Source: Prasinococcaceae sp. CCMP 1430
Taxonomy: Eukaryota; Plantae; Prasinodermophyta
Assembly (NCBI GenBank): GCA_013416795.1
Contig: RQSC01000020.1
Coordinates: 414,735-478,734, forward strand
Reading direction: 5' to 3'
DNA: 64,000 bases
The notes under the pieces: model-generated
The model's database searches: none
What the model was told of the DNA's origin: nothing
What the model saw: only the letters and a program-made list of their open reading frames with translations
Translations under genes and position numbers: made by a program
Shown: piece after piece, positions 10,201-19,826 of the stretch
Numbering within the stretch: the first letter of the stretch is position 1
Layout of the letters: each line of letters starts with the position of its first letter

Positions 10201-11811
10201 CTTGGCCACCTTCACGAGGGTTGCACCCCTGCGTCGCATCCAAGCCGTGCGCAGTGCTGGCTCCAGAGAGGTGTCCTCCGCGCCACGCCTCGTAGCGGCG
10301 TCGGCCACAGCCCGCAAGTCATCGCACACAGCGTTGAACGCCTCAAATACAACGTCGTCAACGGCGGCATCGATCTGCTTGCCGTCGCGCGCGTCGAAAA
10401 TGGGCAGCGCACCCTTCGGGAGTGTATGCATCGATAACCCCGCCTGCTTGCAGAATGCAGTCGAGGGATCCGGCCTCTTTTCGTAGCCAGTGTCTTTCTC
10501 AATGTCCGCGGCGGTGCCGGTTATGAGGCTGGCGCCCAACTCGACCGGGGCGCTGAAGGTCCCTCGCTCGGTGTGTATCCTGCCGCCAACTCGGCCCCTG
10601 GCCTCCAGCACGATGCACGCGGCCCCGCGGCGCTGCAGCATGCGCGCCGCAGCCAGTCCTGCTGCCCCCGCGCCGACCACCACAACGAGCCGCGAGCGAA
10701 GGGCCTTCTGCGGGGCACCGATCTTTTTCGCACCGAGCGAATCCGCCGGCGTGCGGCGCTCCCAATCGGCGATCACCCCGGCGCGGCCCTCGTCGGCGCT
10801 GATGCTGTTGTTCACCGTGCAGTGCTGGTTGAGGAACGCGAGGAGGTGTTGCACAAGCTCCTCGCGCACCTCGGGCTCGCCGAGCACGGCCGATCCCGCG
10901 AGTTTGTCCATGGCCACCGAGTATGCGTCCTCGTAGGAAAGGGCCTTTCCCGCATTGGCCGCAGTGAGGTCGGCGAAGAGCACGGCGTTGCGGGCCTCGG
11001 TTATCTCCACGCGCGTGGTCCGCCCCTTGCACCATTCCGCGAGCGCCGATCGCTCGGCGAAGCAGAGCTCGTTCGACGGGAAGCCGGCGCTCGCAGCGAT
11101 CAGGCGCAGCTCATCGGTCACGCGGGCCTCGCCCGCGCTTGCAGCGGCATCCCCTGCGGCGACGCGGTGCGCGTACCGGCCCTCCCTCTTCCGCCGCCTC
11201 GGTTGGCCCAGCCCCTGCCCCTGCTGCTGCCCCTGCTGCTGCTGCTCCGTCCGTCGGGCAAGCTCGAGCCGAGCCTCGGCACTGGCATCGTCCTCGTCGT
11301 CCTCCAAGTGAGCGCCACCATCCATGAGCTCGCCCTCCACGGCGTCTTCGAGGATCTCGTCCGCTCCTGCTGCAGCACCGCCACCAGTACCGACCGCGGG
11401 AGAACCTTCCGTCACATCAGCGCCCCCGGCATCGGCAATCACACCGGCAGTTTCCGTTGCCGCACCCTCTGCCCCTCCTCCCACGGGCGCGAGCTCGTCA
11501 GTGGCACCTCCATCGCCCTGCACTGCTGCCGCATCACCGCCCGCATCTGCGTCTGCGTCCCCATCTGCCGCAGCGCCATCATCAGGGGAGCCGCTGCCGC
11601 CTCCACCGCTGGCCCCTCCAAGCTGCTCGCCCGCCGGCGGCGCGCTCGCGCCCCGCGCGTCGTCGTCGGCGGCGGCCGCCCCGTGCCGCTCGAGGTACGC
11701 AGCGACCTCCTCCTTGACGACGCGCTTGAAGTCCGGGTCGCCGGCGGCGGCCGCGCCGACGCGCTCGGCGACGGCGCCGCGCACGTCGCGCTCGCCGTCG
11801 TCTCCGTCGCG
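7246..11811 (-). CDS. LDL3: LSD1-like lysine-specific histone demethylase of LDL3 type (SWIRM + FAD amine oxidase + TFIIS-N-like + SRI-like C-terminus); 5' end unresolved
   Basis: 1512-aa ORF: VVVVGAGAAGLAAARML..VLEARGRVGGRI, ELGASLITG, WHLAHLEYGC, VLVTVPLGVLK, GSYS, YFAGEHT..HPDTVGGAVLSGLREA; C-terminal VRNYVRSVLRPHYKSKAL..RKEKIRAVVDKLI. No ATG in frame before a TAG at 11812-11814. Confidence 0.9.
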   Translation of the reverse strand, partial: RDGDDGERDVRGAVAERVGAAAAGDPDFKRVVKEEVAAYLERHGAAAADDDARGASAPPAGEQLGGASGGGGSGSPDDGAAADGDADADAGGDAAAVQGDGGATDELAPVGGGAEGAATETAGVIADAGGADVTEGSPAVGTGGGAAAGADEILEDAVEGELMDGGAHLEDDEDDASAEARLELARRTEQQQQGQQQGQGLGQPRRRKREGRYAHRVAAGDAAASAGEARVTDELRLIAASAGFPSNELCFAERSALAEWCKGRTTRVEITEARNAVLFADLTAANAGKALSYEDAYSVAMDKLAGSAVLGEPEVREELVQHLLAFLNQHCTVNNSISADEGRAGVIADWERRTPADSLGAKKIGAPQKALRSRLVVVVGAGAAGLAAARMLQRRGAACIVLEARGRVGGRIHTERGTFSAPVELGASLITGTAADIEKDTGYEKRPDPSTAFCKQAGLSMHTLPKGALPIFDARDGKQIDAAVDDVVFEAFNAVCDDLRAVADAATRRGAEDTSLEPALRTAWMRRRGATLVKVAKLMGKESQTRAKAEGDALAEAGGAMEVETPNGGASEAAEAAATGAAAVTKESAVAPDGVTIVAEGVVTDEVKDIVDRLFEWHLAHLEYGCSEKLGALSLHHWNDDEIFGAFGGEHCMIGGGWSTMAERMAEGLDIRHGKIVKEIAWVDGETSGGRAVSVLASRTGAGGNDEPEEILCDAVLVTVPLGVLKAGSIEFDPPLPRAKRNAIDKLCCGGLEKLVLEFPQSFWKDHPAFAGPMVSVVAEPEEGAGAEAAEAAKRTDGDSDSDDDADRGVEAFDGASLTSSVAGRCFMFWNGELVHGKPILTTLLAGEAAHAALRPGGGEAAKEHALKVLRTIFSRETVPDPIAWHVTDWGSDPFAMGSYSSTGIGASYLDYDRLMAPLKKQVYFAGEHTCKEHPDTVGGAVLSGLREAARITANFLDALPDSAKSSANLCGGVTMDDFYASTKEQRERGVDTVHAVADGRGTDAAVTLDILAGNNESDKSVAEQVELKTLYKRAAGADKSVERLEALHDLVCRGGMPKSAGVQLELARMLAVCLSARGKDAPLARPEVRTLVKDRHFVKAVARWLDKSIAYDSMAVAEKLVGLLYNIADAAHVACAEAKAERGLTDWLKLVEVAGAALADAKDAKVLKASATNALARWARTLEDVQVDFETADGYREDPEQLKRRQHAAEASRRARAELDAEVGAHVERDPRVIEALEKARLAEAAAAAAAAAADADAEEREERTAPIVLPTLVDFDGFVDPKNSKARKFRKASREVRDRLKEARRADAAEGAEGADAAPATEEERAARRAAKEERRRARDEARAARREEKREEKRARREGERREGKEGEGGDREEDNVGGGAEGEGGEAAAGDAGAGAPVSALAAGAGAAAGAVNVSSGVGELVRNYVRSVLRPHYKSKALSHRLYDELTDKAAAKVLAASAGAAGGADPAGAARYLTGRRKEKIRAVVDKLIENAAKRGAGGGGGAGGERARKKRKQA

Positions 11812-11844
11812 CTACGCCGCGCATCCAAGTCTGCGGCGTCCTCA

Positions 11845-12099
11845 TNCGCCGCGGCCGACGCCGGCGGCGTGCGCACGCCCGCCGACTTCCTGCGGTCGAT
11901 CCGCGGGCGGCCCGTGCGCGTCAAGCTCTCGTCGGGCGCCGACTACCGCGGCACGCTCGCGTGCCTCGACGGGTACATGAACATCGCCATGGAGCAGACG
12001 GAGGAGTACGTCGCGGGGGAGCTCAAGAACAAGTACGGCGACGCGTTCATCAGGGGAAACAACGTGGTGTACATCAGCTGCTCGACGAAGGCCGCGTAG
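11845..12099 (+). CDS. LSM6: U6 snRNA-associated Sm-like protein LSm6; start codon lost at the single N (11846)
   Basis: RTPADFLRSIRGRPVRVKLSSGADYRGTLACLDGYMNIAMEQTEEYVAGELKNKYGDAFIRGNNVVYIS. Confidence 0.93.
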   Translation, partial: XAAADAGGVRTPADFLRSIRGRPVRVKLSSGADYRGTLACLDGYMNIAMEQTEEYVAGELKNKYGDAFIRGNNVVYISCSTKAA

Positions 12100-12525
12100 G
12101 GCGCGCAGTGTCCCGCGCCACGCCGAGCTGTGCCACGACGCCGCGGCGCACGCCGACCCGCGGAGCGCTGCACTTAATAGATCCAAGGGGTGGTGTAGTC
12201 ATCGCGAGGCCGCCGGGGGGAGGTGGAGGGCGGGGGTGTCGGTGCGCAGGCCCGCGCGCTGGTGCCGACGCCCGTTCCGCGTCCAGGGCGCATGCGTGTG
12301 TGCACACCTAGCGAGGGCACAGCCCCCTCGCGTTGCGGACGAGGCGTGCGTGGCCACGCATCACGCGGGGTTGGTGCGTGCGTGCGCTCTGTCCGCTGCA
12401 GCTACCAGTTCGCGCGCCGCGCGTGGAGGTGGCCTGCGTGGCTTCCGAAGGTTTCGTATGTGTACAGGGCGCACTCCCGCCGCTTGCCTGAGGCCAGGGT
12501 CGCGATCTCTCACGCACGCAGGCGC

Positions 12526-13865
12526 TCAGCGCTCCCACTCGCGCGAGCGCTGCGCGCCGGCGGAACCCGGCGGGGGAGGCGGCCTCGGCAGGCCACCACC
12601 ACCAGAACCGGCGCCCGCGCCCGTGCCAGCGCCGCCTGGGCCGCCGCCATAGCGCTGCGGCGCGGTGGGCGCCCCGTGCTGTCCCGGCCCGCCTCGGTAA
12701 CCCTGGCCGTACCCACCTTGTCCATAACCCTGCGGCCCTGTGCCGTAGCCGTGATGAGGCCCGCCCGGGGCACCGTGGGGCGGCATGCCGTGCGAGTGCC
12801 ACCGTTGCGGCGGTCCGCCGCCGTGCATGCCGTGGGGTGGCATGCCACCGTGTGGCACGCCGGCATCCACGTGCGGGGCGCGCGCATCTGCGCGCGGGTC
12901 GCCCCTCTGATCGCCGCGCGGGTCTGCGCGCGCGTCGCGCTCGCGGTCGCGGTCCATGACAGTCCCTTGCCACCCACCGCCATGCACGCTGTGCCCGCTG
13001 TGGCCACCGTGCCATCCATGCCCGTGCTGTGGCCCAGGTGCACCGCCCATTGATCCTCCGTAGCCCCCACTGTGCGTGGCGTGGGCGGGCGGAGGTGGCG
13101 GCCCTGGCAAGGGCGTGCGGCCGGCCATCGCGCCGTGCGGCCCCCCTGCACCGCCAGGCTGCACCTTGGGCGAGATCGACGCCGGGGGCGTCAGAGCGGG
13201 CGGCGCGCCCGGCGTGGGCGCGCCCGGTGTAGGTCCGACGGTCGGCGACGCAGCCGCTGCCTTCTTCCTGCGCGCGTCGTCGTCGCGGATCGTGCGTTTG
13301 AGCGACAGCACGAGCGCATGTTTCGAGCGCTGCATCTCAGAGATCTCTGCCTCGAGCTGCGCCAGGTTGTGGCAGGTGCAGAGAGAGGTGGGTAAGGGGA
13401 GGGGTTTCGCAAAGCGGGCGCGGGTGGGCAGCGCGTGCATTGGGCGATGCGAGGGCGCCGCGGCGAGGGCGTCAGCGCGCGTGCCGCCGGCGCTAGGGCG
13501 AGCGGCGGCGGCCGGCAGACGTCACCGCGCAATGAAGGGTGACAGCGAGGCGATGTCGCTGCTGGCCTCACCTTCACGATCTGCGACGTCGCCTCCTTGT
13601 CAATCTCGGGGCCGGCTTCTTCCGCCTCCTCATCCTCGTCATCGAGTCTGTCGAGCTCCTTGCGGATGCGCCGCATCTCAGCGGTCTCGCTGCCGCCGCC
13701 ACTCTGCGAAGCCCTGCCACCCCCGCGCCGCCGTGACTCGCGGCGCGCCGCACGGTCGCTGCGCTCTTTCTCCTGTCGTGCCGTCATTGCGTCCGAGCCT
13801 GACGCCGTCTGTTCGCGCGCGGCCACGCCGCGGCGCGCGGGCCACTCCGGTAGAGCTGCGGCCAT
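12526..13865 (-). CDS. Coiled-coil plus Pro/Gly/His-rich low-complexity protein, GPS2-like; 2 exons (13865-13572, 13356-12526)
   Basis: The GT-AG intron joins DKEATSQIVK|LEAEISEMQRSKHALVLSLKRTIRDDDARRKK in frame; a prion-like tail follows. The family call is from memory. Confidence 0.6.
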
Positions 13866-13960
13866 CTCGGGATTCCCCCACGCCGCCTCTGCGAGGGGCG
13901 CGGAGGCGCGACGCGAGCGAACCGGCGCGGCCGCAGGGTCAGCGCGCGCGCGAGCGCAAG

Positions 13961-15082
13961 CGCAGGGAGGCTCGCGCGGCGGCGGCACGCGCGCCGCGGT
14001 GCGCGGCAGGCGAGCCCGCGGAGGGCGCGGAGGAGGTGCCGTACGGCTCCGACGTCGATGCCAACCTGAGGCCCGACTGCTTCCTCGCGCTTGGCCTCGC
14101 GCACTGCTTCGCCCTCGACGCCGACGGCAAGCTGCAGGATGCCTTCGTGCTCGAGCCAATCCCGGCGGGCGCGTACGAGGCCATGCTCTGCGGCTCAAAG
14201 ACGAGCTACACGCACGTCGTTGGCGTCACGTGGGAGCAGGTGGAGGCCATGGACGTCGACAAGGTGCGTGCGGAAGACCCAGCGGACGACGAGGCGGATG
14301 CGCGCGCGAGCGCCGAGACGCCGGAGCGCGCGCGCGCCCGGCGACCCGCCCTTCTGGACGCCCGCACGCGCGGCACGGCCGCATGGTCCCGCTGTGTGGC
14401 GCATCGCTCGCTGACCCGTCGACGCGCGATCGCTCGCCGGATCGATCGACACGCACACACACCAACGCACGATCTCCCGCGGTCCACCTGCTCGCGCGCA
14501 GTTGCCCGAGGAGTTCCGCGCGGCGAGCTTCGCGGAAGACTTCGAGTTCCGCGCCAAGGCGGCGCTGCGCACGTGGCAGCGCCCGCATGCCATCGAGAAG
14601 CTCACGCCCGAGCTCGGCACCGGCGACGTGCGCGGCGGCGAGGACTTCAACTTCGACATCTCCAACAAGGTGAGAGTACACTCGCCCTCGCAGGCTCGCA
14701 CGGGCGCCCGCGCGCAGGCTCGCACCCCACGCCAGCGGTGTGACCATCGCGCGCCCCCTCGCTCGCCCGCCCGCTCGCGCATGCTGACACGCGCGCCGCA
14801 TTTGTGCCTGCCTGCGACGCGTGCCAACAATAGCGCGTGCTCAACCACGTGCACGAGGTCGACGACTCGGACAACATCAAGCAGGACATGTCCATCGACG
14901 TCTACGGCCGCGACAAGGACGAGAAGGTGCGTGCGTCGCCGGGCGCGCGGCGTGCGTGCGCCTGCGCTGCGCAACTGTGCGTGGGCGCTGACGAGCGCGT
15001 GCCGCACGTGACCGCGCGATCCTGCCGTGTCACCCAGGCGACCAAGCCCGACGCATCCGTCGAGGAGCTGTACAACGCCTGA
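13961..15082 (+). CDS. Conserved hypothetical protein of algal/cyanobacterial type, probably plastid-targeted; 4 coding exons visible, start not found
   Basis: Exons join as CFLALGLAHCF..VLEPIPAGAYEAM..TSY..|LPEEF..FAEDFEFRAKAALRTWQRP..FNFDISNK|RVLNHVHEVDDSDNIKQDMSIDVYGRDKDEK|ATKPDASVEELYNA*. Confidence 0.7.
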
Positions 15083-15252
15083 TGTGTGGGAGAGGCTCGG
15101 AGGCGGCTCGCGCGCGGCAACGACGCCCTCCGCCCCCCAACGCATTTGCTATCACTCCGCGCGCGGACGCCCGCGCCGTAACTTTTGCCTCGAGCGCTAC
15201 GCTCTGAGATGCTGCGCGCAATTGTGAACTGGAGGCACGCAGCGCACGGCGC

Positions 15253-15292
<40 letters not shown>

Positions 15293-15621
15293 TTCCCCGC
15301 CCGCAAATCGCGCGCCCCCGGAGGCGCCGCCGTTGTAGTGTCAAAAAATGAGTCGGCTCGTTTGAATGTGGAAGGGCACGCTGAGAGAGCAACGACAGCA
15401 ACTGCGGAGTGCACGCGGGGCGCACGTGCCGCGAATGGCGGCGCCATCGCGTCACCGCCTATGCGCTGCGCCGCGCCTCCGCTGGCCTCTTCCTGGCCGA
15501 CATTATCACCCTTGCGCGCGCGCGCCCTCGGGCGGGCGCGCGCCGCGCGCACCTACACCGCTACTTCACACCCCATCGCCGCATAACATACAACCACCGC
15601 CGCTGCCGATGCGCGCGTGGC

Positions 15622-16358
15622 TTAGTGGCCGCCGCCCTCCTTGATGCCCAGGAAGCGGTTGATCGGGTCGCCGCCGGTCGACGCAAGCGACCCGTAGACG
15701 ACCGCAAACGCGATGCCGCCGACGATGCCCGGCGCGAGCGTCGTGAGGCCACGCGGGTTAATGAGCGGCTGTGCGCGCGCCGGCGTGGGTACGGGCGCGG
15801 TGCCGGCGAACGTGGGCGTGCGGCCAATGGAGACTGGTCAGCTGTGTGCGCACACGCCGGGACGCGCTCTGGCGCGCGGCCGAAAGGGAGACACAACAAG
15901 TGCGCAGCGCCACGAGGGCAGGGCAGGGGCCCGGCCCTCAACGCAGGCGGCCCCATGTAGAAGACATCCCACGGTTGCGCTGGCCGGCGCGAGGCTGCCG
16001 CCCATCTAGCATGGGCACGCGGGGCGCGTCGGCTGCCGCTGGGTGCGCTGACTTAGGGTTGGGACCGCCAACCACCTGCCTCCTGCCTCGCCCGCTGCCA
16101 TGCGGAGCGGCGGGAGCGCGCCTAGCTCCGCCGGGCGGAACGCGCGCGTCCTCATGGGTCACGCTAGGCAAGGCCCGCTCCCCACACACCACGCGCCCGC
16201 TCGCCCCCACCGCGCGGGCGCGCCGGCGCCCGGGGGCGCCCAGCGCGCCTGCTCGCGCGACGTACGTGCTTGCGCCACGCGGCGACGTTGGCGAACGGGC
16301 TCGTGCGGTTGGTGGGCTTGTACGTCGGCGACTCCAGGCCATACTTGGGGTCCGCCAT
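15622..16358 (-). CDS. NDUFB3: Mitochondrial complex I subunit B12 (NDUFB3); 2 exons (16358-16266, 15768-15622)
   Basis: Not called intact by the ORF track. The spliced product MADPKYG..NVAAWRKH|PLINPRGLTTLAPGIVGGIAFAVVYG..GIKEGGGH* carries the WRKHP + PG-hydrophobic helix signature. 497-nt GT-AG intron, phase 0. Confidence 0.8.
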
Positions 16359-16779
16359 CGCGGGGCACGCGAGGGGGCGGGGGGGTGTTCGGGGAGTGGA
16401 GGGAGAGTGTGTGCGTGGGTCGGTGGTCGTGAGGGCAGGGGGCGCCGCGCCGCGCCCGCCGCGCGCGGTGTGGCGCGACGGCAAAAGCGAAACAGCGGAA
16501 CTGCGCGCGAATCCGAACCGCCCCAGAATCCTCCTGTGCGCTCTGATAGCACGCCCCGATACGCACGCCAATAAATAATGTTATGCTGACGCGAATTCGT
16601 GCTCCGTCGGACACAGCGCGCTTTTTCTTTTTTTTGCGCATTTCGACCGAAATTCTCGCCTAAAAACGGCGCGGCGGCGCGCGGCGATTAGCACCCGTTC
16701 CCCGATTCGGAACAGACCACCCCCCCCGATTCGGAACACGCCGCGAGCGCGCCACACGGCGGCGGCGGCGCGCGCCGGC

Positions 16780-17109
16780 GAGGGCGGCGCGACGGTCTTG
16801 GAGCGCTTCGCCAGGGAGAATCCGCAGGTGGAGGTTGTGGCCGAGGAGCGCAACGGCAAGCACCCGACAGCCGACGCCGAGTACATCAACGGTGCCACAC
16901 GTACCGCGCCGTTGCGAAACTTCGACCCCGAGCTCATCCACGAGCACCTCAACCGGCTGCGCGACCACCACGGGCGCAAGATCACACGCGTGCGCAGACG
17001 CATCGATCGTGGTGCCACCTCGAGCGTGCAGGGCGCATGGCACGGCACCACGCACGGGGCGGGCGCGCAGCCCAGGCTTGATGGCTCCGAGCCCGGCGTG
17101 CGGAGATGA
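16780..17109 (+). CDS. MRPL43: Mitoribosomal protein mL43 (L51/S25/CI-B8 domain); N-terminal part and start missing
   Basis: FARENPQVEVVAEERNGKHP..AEYING..LRN..LNRLRDHHGRK..SSVQGAW matches the mL43 C-terminal two-thirds. No in-frame ATG or N-terminal beta1/alpha1 segment is visible. Confidence 0.8.
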   Translation, partial: EGGATVLERFARENPQVEVVAEERNGKHPTADAEYINGATRTAPLRNFDPELIHEHLNRLRDHHGRKITRVRRRIDRGATSSVQGAWHGTTHGAGAQPRLDGSEPGVRR

Positions 17110-17257
17110 GCGCGGCACCGCCGCCGCCACACGCCGCGATTCTTTCCACGCGTAACTCACCATTGAGGGCGTGCATGTGCATATCTTCGAGTTGCTGAGC
17201 CGAGCTGAGTGCGATTGCTAGTGTGATTACTTGACTGCGTGTGCACGCGCGCATGCA

Positions 17258-17258
<1 letters not shown>

Positions 17259-17312
<54 letters not shown>
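17259..17312. repeat. (CA)27 microsatellite (intergenic)
   Basis: Read directly; one of many in the window. Confidence 0.95.
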
Positions 17313-17313
<1 letters not shown>

Positions 17314-17386
17314 CACGCGCGCGCGCGCGCGCTTTGCGTGTGCATGTGCACTCGCCTGCGACTGCGGCAGGCACCGCGATTTGACT

Positions 17387-19240
17387 TCAGACCATCGAGT
17401 CGGAGCCGTCCCTGCCGCCGGGGCCCATACGCTCGTCGCCAATGCTAAATGACACGCGGGGCGTCAGGCTCGCAGGCGACTCGCCCGAGACGGAGCGCGA
17501 GTGCGTTGGGCGCGCGGATGACGACGCCCCGTGCAGCGGCGCGACGCTCATCGTCAGCGACCGCTGACGCGCGTGCCGAGCGCCGCCGGTGCCGACGCCC
17601 GAGGTCGAGGCAGTCCGTCGGTGCGCGACCTCGCCACGGCCCGCACTTACGCCCGCCTTCGCGGGCGAGGGCGAGGGAGCGCTCGTGGCGAAGTTGATGA
17701 GCTTGGCCGCCGCGAGCTGCAGCGGACTCATCGGCCCTGAGTCCTCCACGATGCTTGTGCTGCGCGAGCGACCATGCGTTGGCTTCGTCTGCGCCGCGGG
17801 CCTCGCCGCTCCAAAAGCATCCCCGCCGCTCGCCTTGCCGCTGCTCGCCTTGCCGGCGCCCATTTTGGCGCCGCTCGCCTTGCCGCCTCCGCTGCCACCG
17901 CGCACCGTCCCGCCACCGTTGTCGTCGCCCCTCTCCAGCCCAGGTGTGCGTGTTCCGCTGGTGCTGACGACCACCTGCCTGAGCGCCGTGAGCATGTCGG
18001 GTGTGGCGAGCTGCATGGCGGGCGGCGCGGCGTCGCTGGCGGGCGGGGCGCGCGCGAGGCCCGCGTTGCCCACTGCGCGCGAGACGACCTGTTCCCAGGG
18101 CTGGTCTGTAAGCTGCTGCAACGGCACCTCCGCTGCGTCGAGGTAGCGCGTGGCCGCGATGATGAGTAGCGTGGCCGCGCCCGCGTTGCACCCTGCGATG
18201 ATGCCCAGCGCCACCGGCAGTGAGGTGGCCTTCTCGATGATGAGCCACACCACCAGCGCACCGTTGCCTAGCAGCGCGGCGAACACCATCAGCAGCTGCC
18301 CCAGCTTGAGCACGAAGTAGCGTGCGCCCATGTGCTGCACGAGCGTCTGCAGTGCCGCGGCGTCGCTCGCCTTGGGCTCGCCGTCCGCGCTCTCCTCGCC
18401 GGGCGCGCCGCCCTCGCCCGCGGCCTGCGACACAACAACGCCGCCGCCGCCGCCGGTCGCGGGCGCCACCAGCGGCTCAAGGACGTCCTCCGCCGCCTCG
18501 GCGAGCGGGTCCTTCGCGGTCTGCTCGGCGGGCGCCGACGTGACGGTAGGCACGCCACCACCCACCCAGCCCTTGGTTGCGCTCGGCCAGCCGTGGCCGC
18601 CGCCCGCGTTCGCCTCGGCGACGCGCTCCAGCCAGCCCGAGGCGAGCGCCGCGGCGAAGGTATCGAACTGCGCGGCGTCGAGGGCGCCCGCGCCCGCGGT
18701 GTCGGCGACCGCGAAGGCCTCCACGGCGACGGCCGCCATGTACGAGCGGGCGGGAAGGGCCAGCGGCGGAGGCGGGGGTGCCTCGCCATGCTGCTCCGCG
18801 CGGGCGCACAAACGTGCGAGGACGTCGAGCGCCTGTCAGCGATGCGCGCACCGGCGGCGAAGGCGGCACGCGCGGGCGCACGCGTCGGCCCGAGTGCGTA
18901 CCTCGTCGCTCTTCCTGTCGGCGGCACCCGCAGCGTCGGCCTCGAGCTCAGCCAGACCCACGGCTATGAGCGCGTCGGCGGCAGCGACGGCGTTCATCGC
19001 CGCTTGCACGGCAGTCGCGCGGCTGACGCGCGGCAGCCGTGCGGAGCTCGAGGATGGCAGAGGGGCGGAGAGCAGCGCGAAGAGTGCAGCGGCGCGCGCG
19101 CGCTCGTCGCCGCGCGCGAGGCCCACAAGGGCGCACACCAGGCGCGCCGGGTCGACGGCGTCACCGCCGGCCTCGTCGGCGAGCGCACCACACAGAGCGG
19201 CCGCGAACGCGGGCGGGAGCGCGGTCGCGTCGGGCGCCAT
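17387..19240 (-). CDS. Degenerate EF-hand (NCS/calcineurin-B-like) protein with two transmembrane helices and a disordered tail
   Basis: DAVDPARLVCALVGLARGDERARAAALFALL and AVEAFAVADTAGAGALDAAQFDTF follow NCS/CBL spacing; hydrophobic pair YFVLKLGQLLMVFAALLGNGALVVWLII / LPVALGIIAGCNAGAATLLIIAA. Confidence 0.55.
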
Positions 19241-19826
19241 CGCGGCCACGGCTGCCGCGGCAGCTGTGGCAGCGACGCCAGCGCGGGCCGTGAGACGACG
19301 CCTGACCCCAAAAGCGTCTGTGTGCGATTTTCGCGCCTGCATCAGCGCGTGCGTGCACACGCGTGTGCACGCACGGGCGCTCATGCGCGCGCGCGCGCCC
19401 GCATGACCGGTCGGTTGCGCGGCGCCATACCCCGTGCGGCCGGCGCGGGGGTCGGGCGGCAGAGGCTTCGTCGACTCGGCCGACGAGGAGATTGGCGCCG
19501 AGTCGCAGCTCATTGTTGTCAAGCTGACAGTCAAGATTACCGAGCGCGCCGGCAAGGGGGGGGCGTGAAGACTACCCGCAGGGAGGACGACGGTGTGGCG
19601 GGGCGGCGATCTCATGTGATGAGGCGGCGGGCTGGGCGAGGGCGCGCGCGACGGGGGCGCGCGCCCTCGCACCTCATCACACGCGCGCCGACACTCTAAT
19701 GCCACGCAAACGTTCGACAGGCAACGGGCGCTCCTCGAAGCACGCACGCGCTGCGGCCCTTCCTGGTCCATGCACCCTCTTTGCTTAAAGCGTGTGGTCG
19801 CGCGCGCATCGTGCACTCGGCCCGGC

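Noticed and set aside
10573-11844. Apparent 508-aa protein ending in an Sm domain
   Set aside because: The N-terminal 420 aa is the antisense shadow of LDL3; only the last approximately 85 aa (LSM6) are real.
15938-16265. ORF-track continuation VTHEDARVPP.. as exon 2 of the small gene
   Set aside because: It cannot be joined with canonical splice sites. The region is the NDUFB3 intron, and the true exon 2 is 15768-15622.
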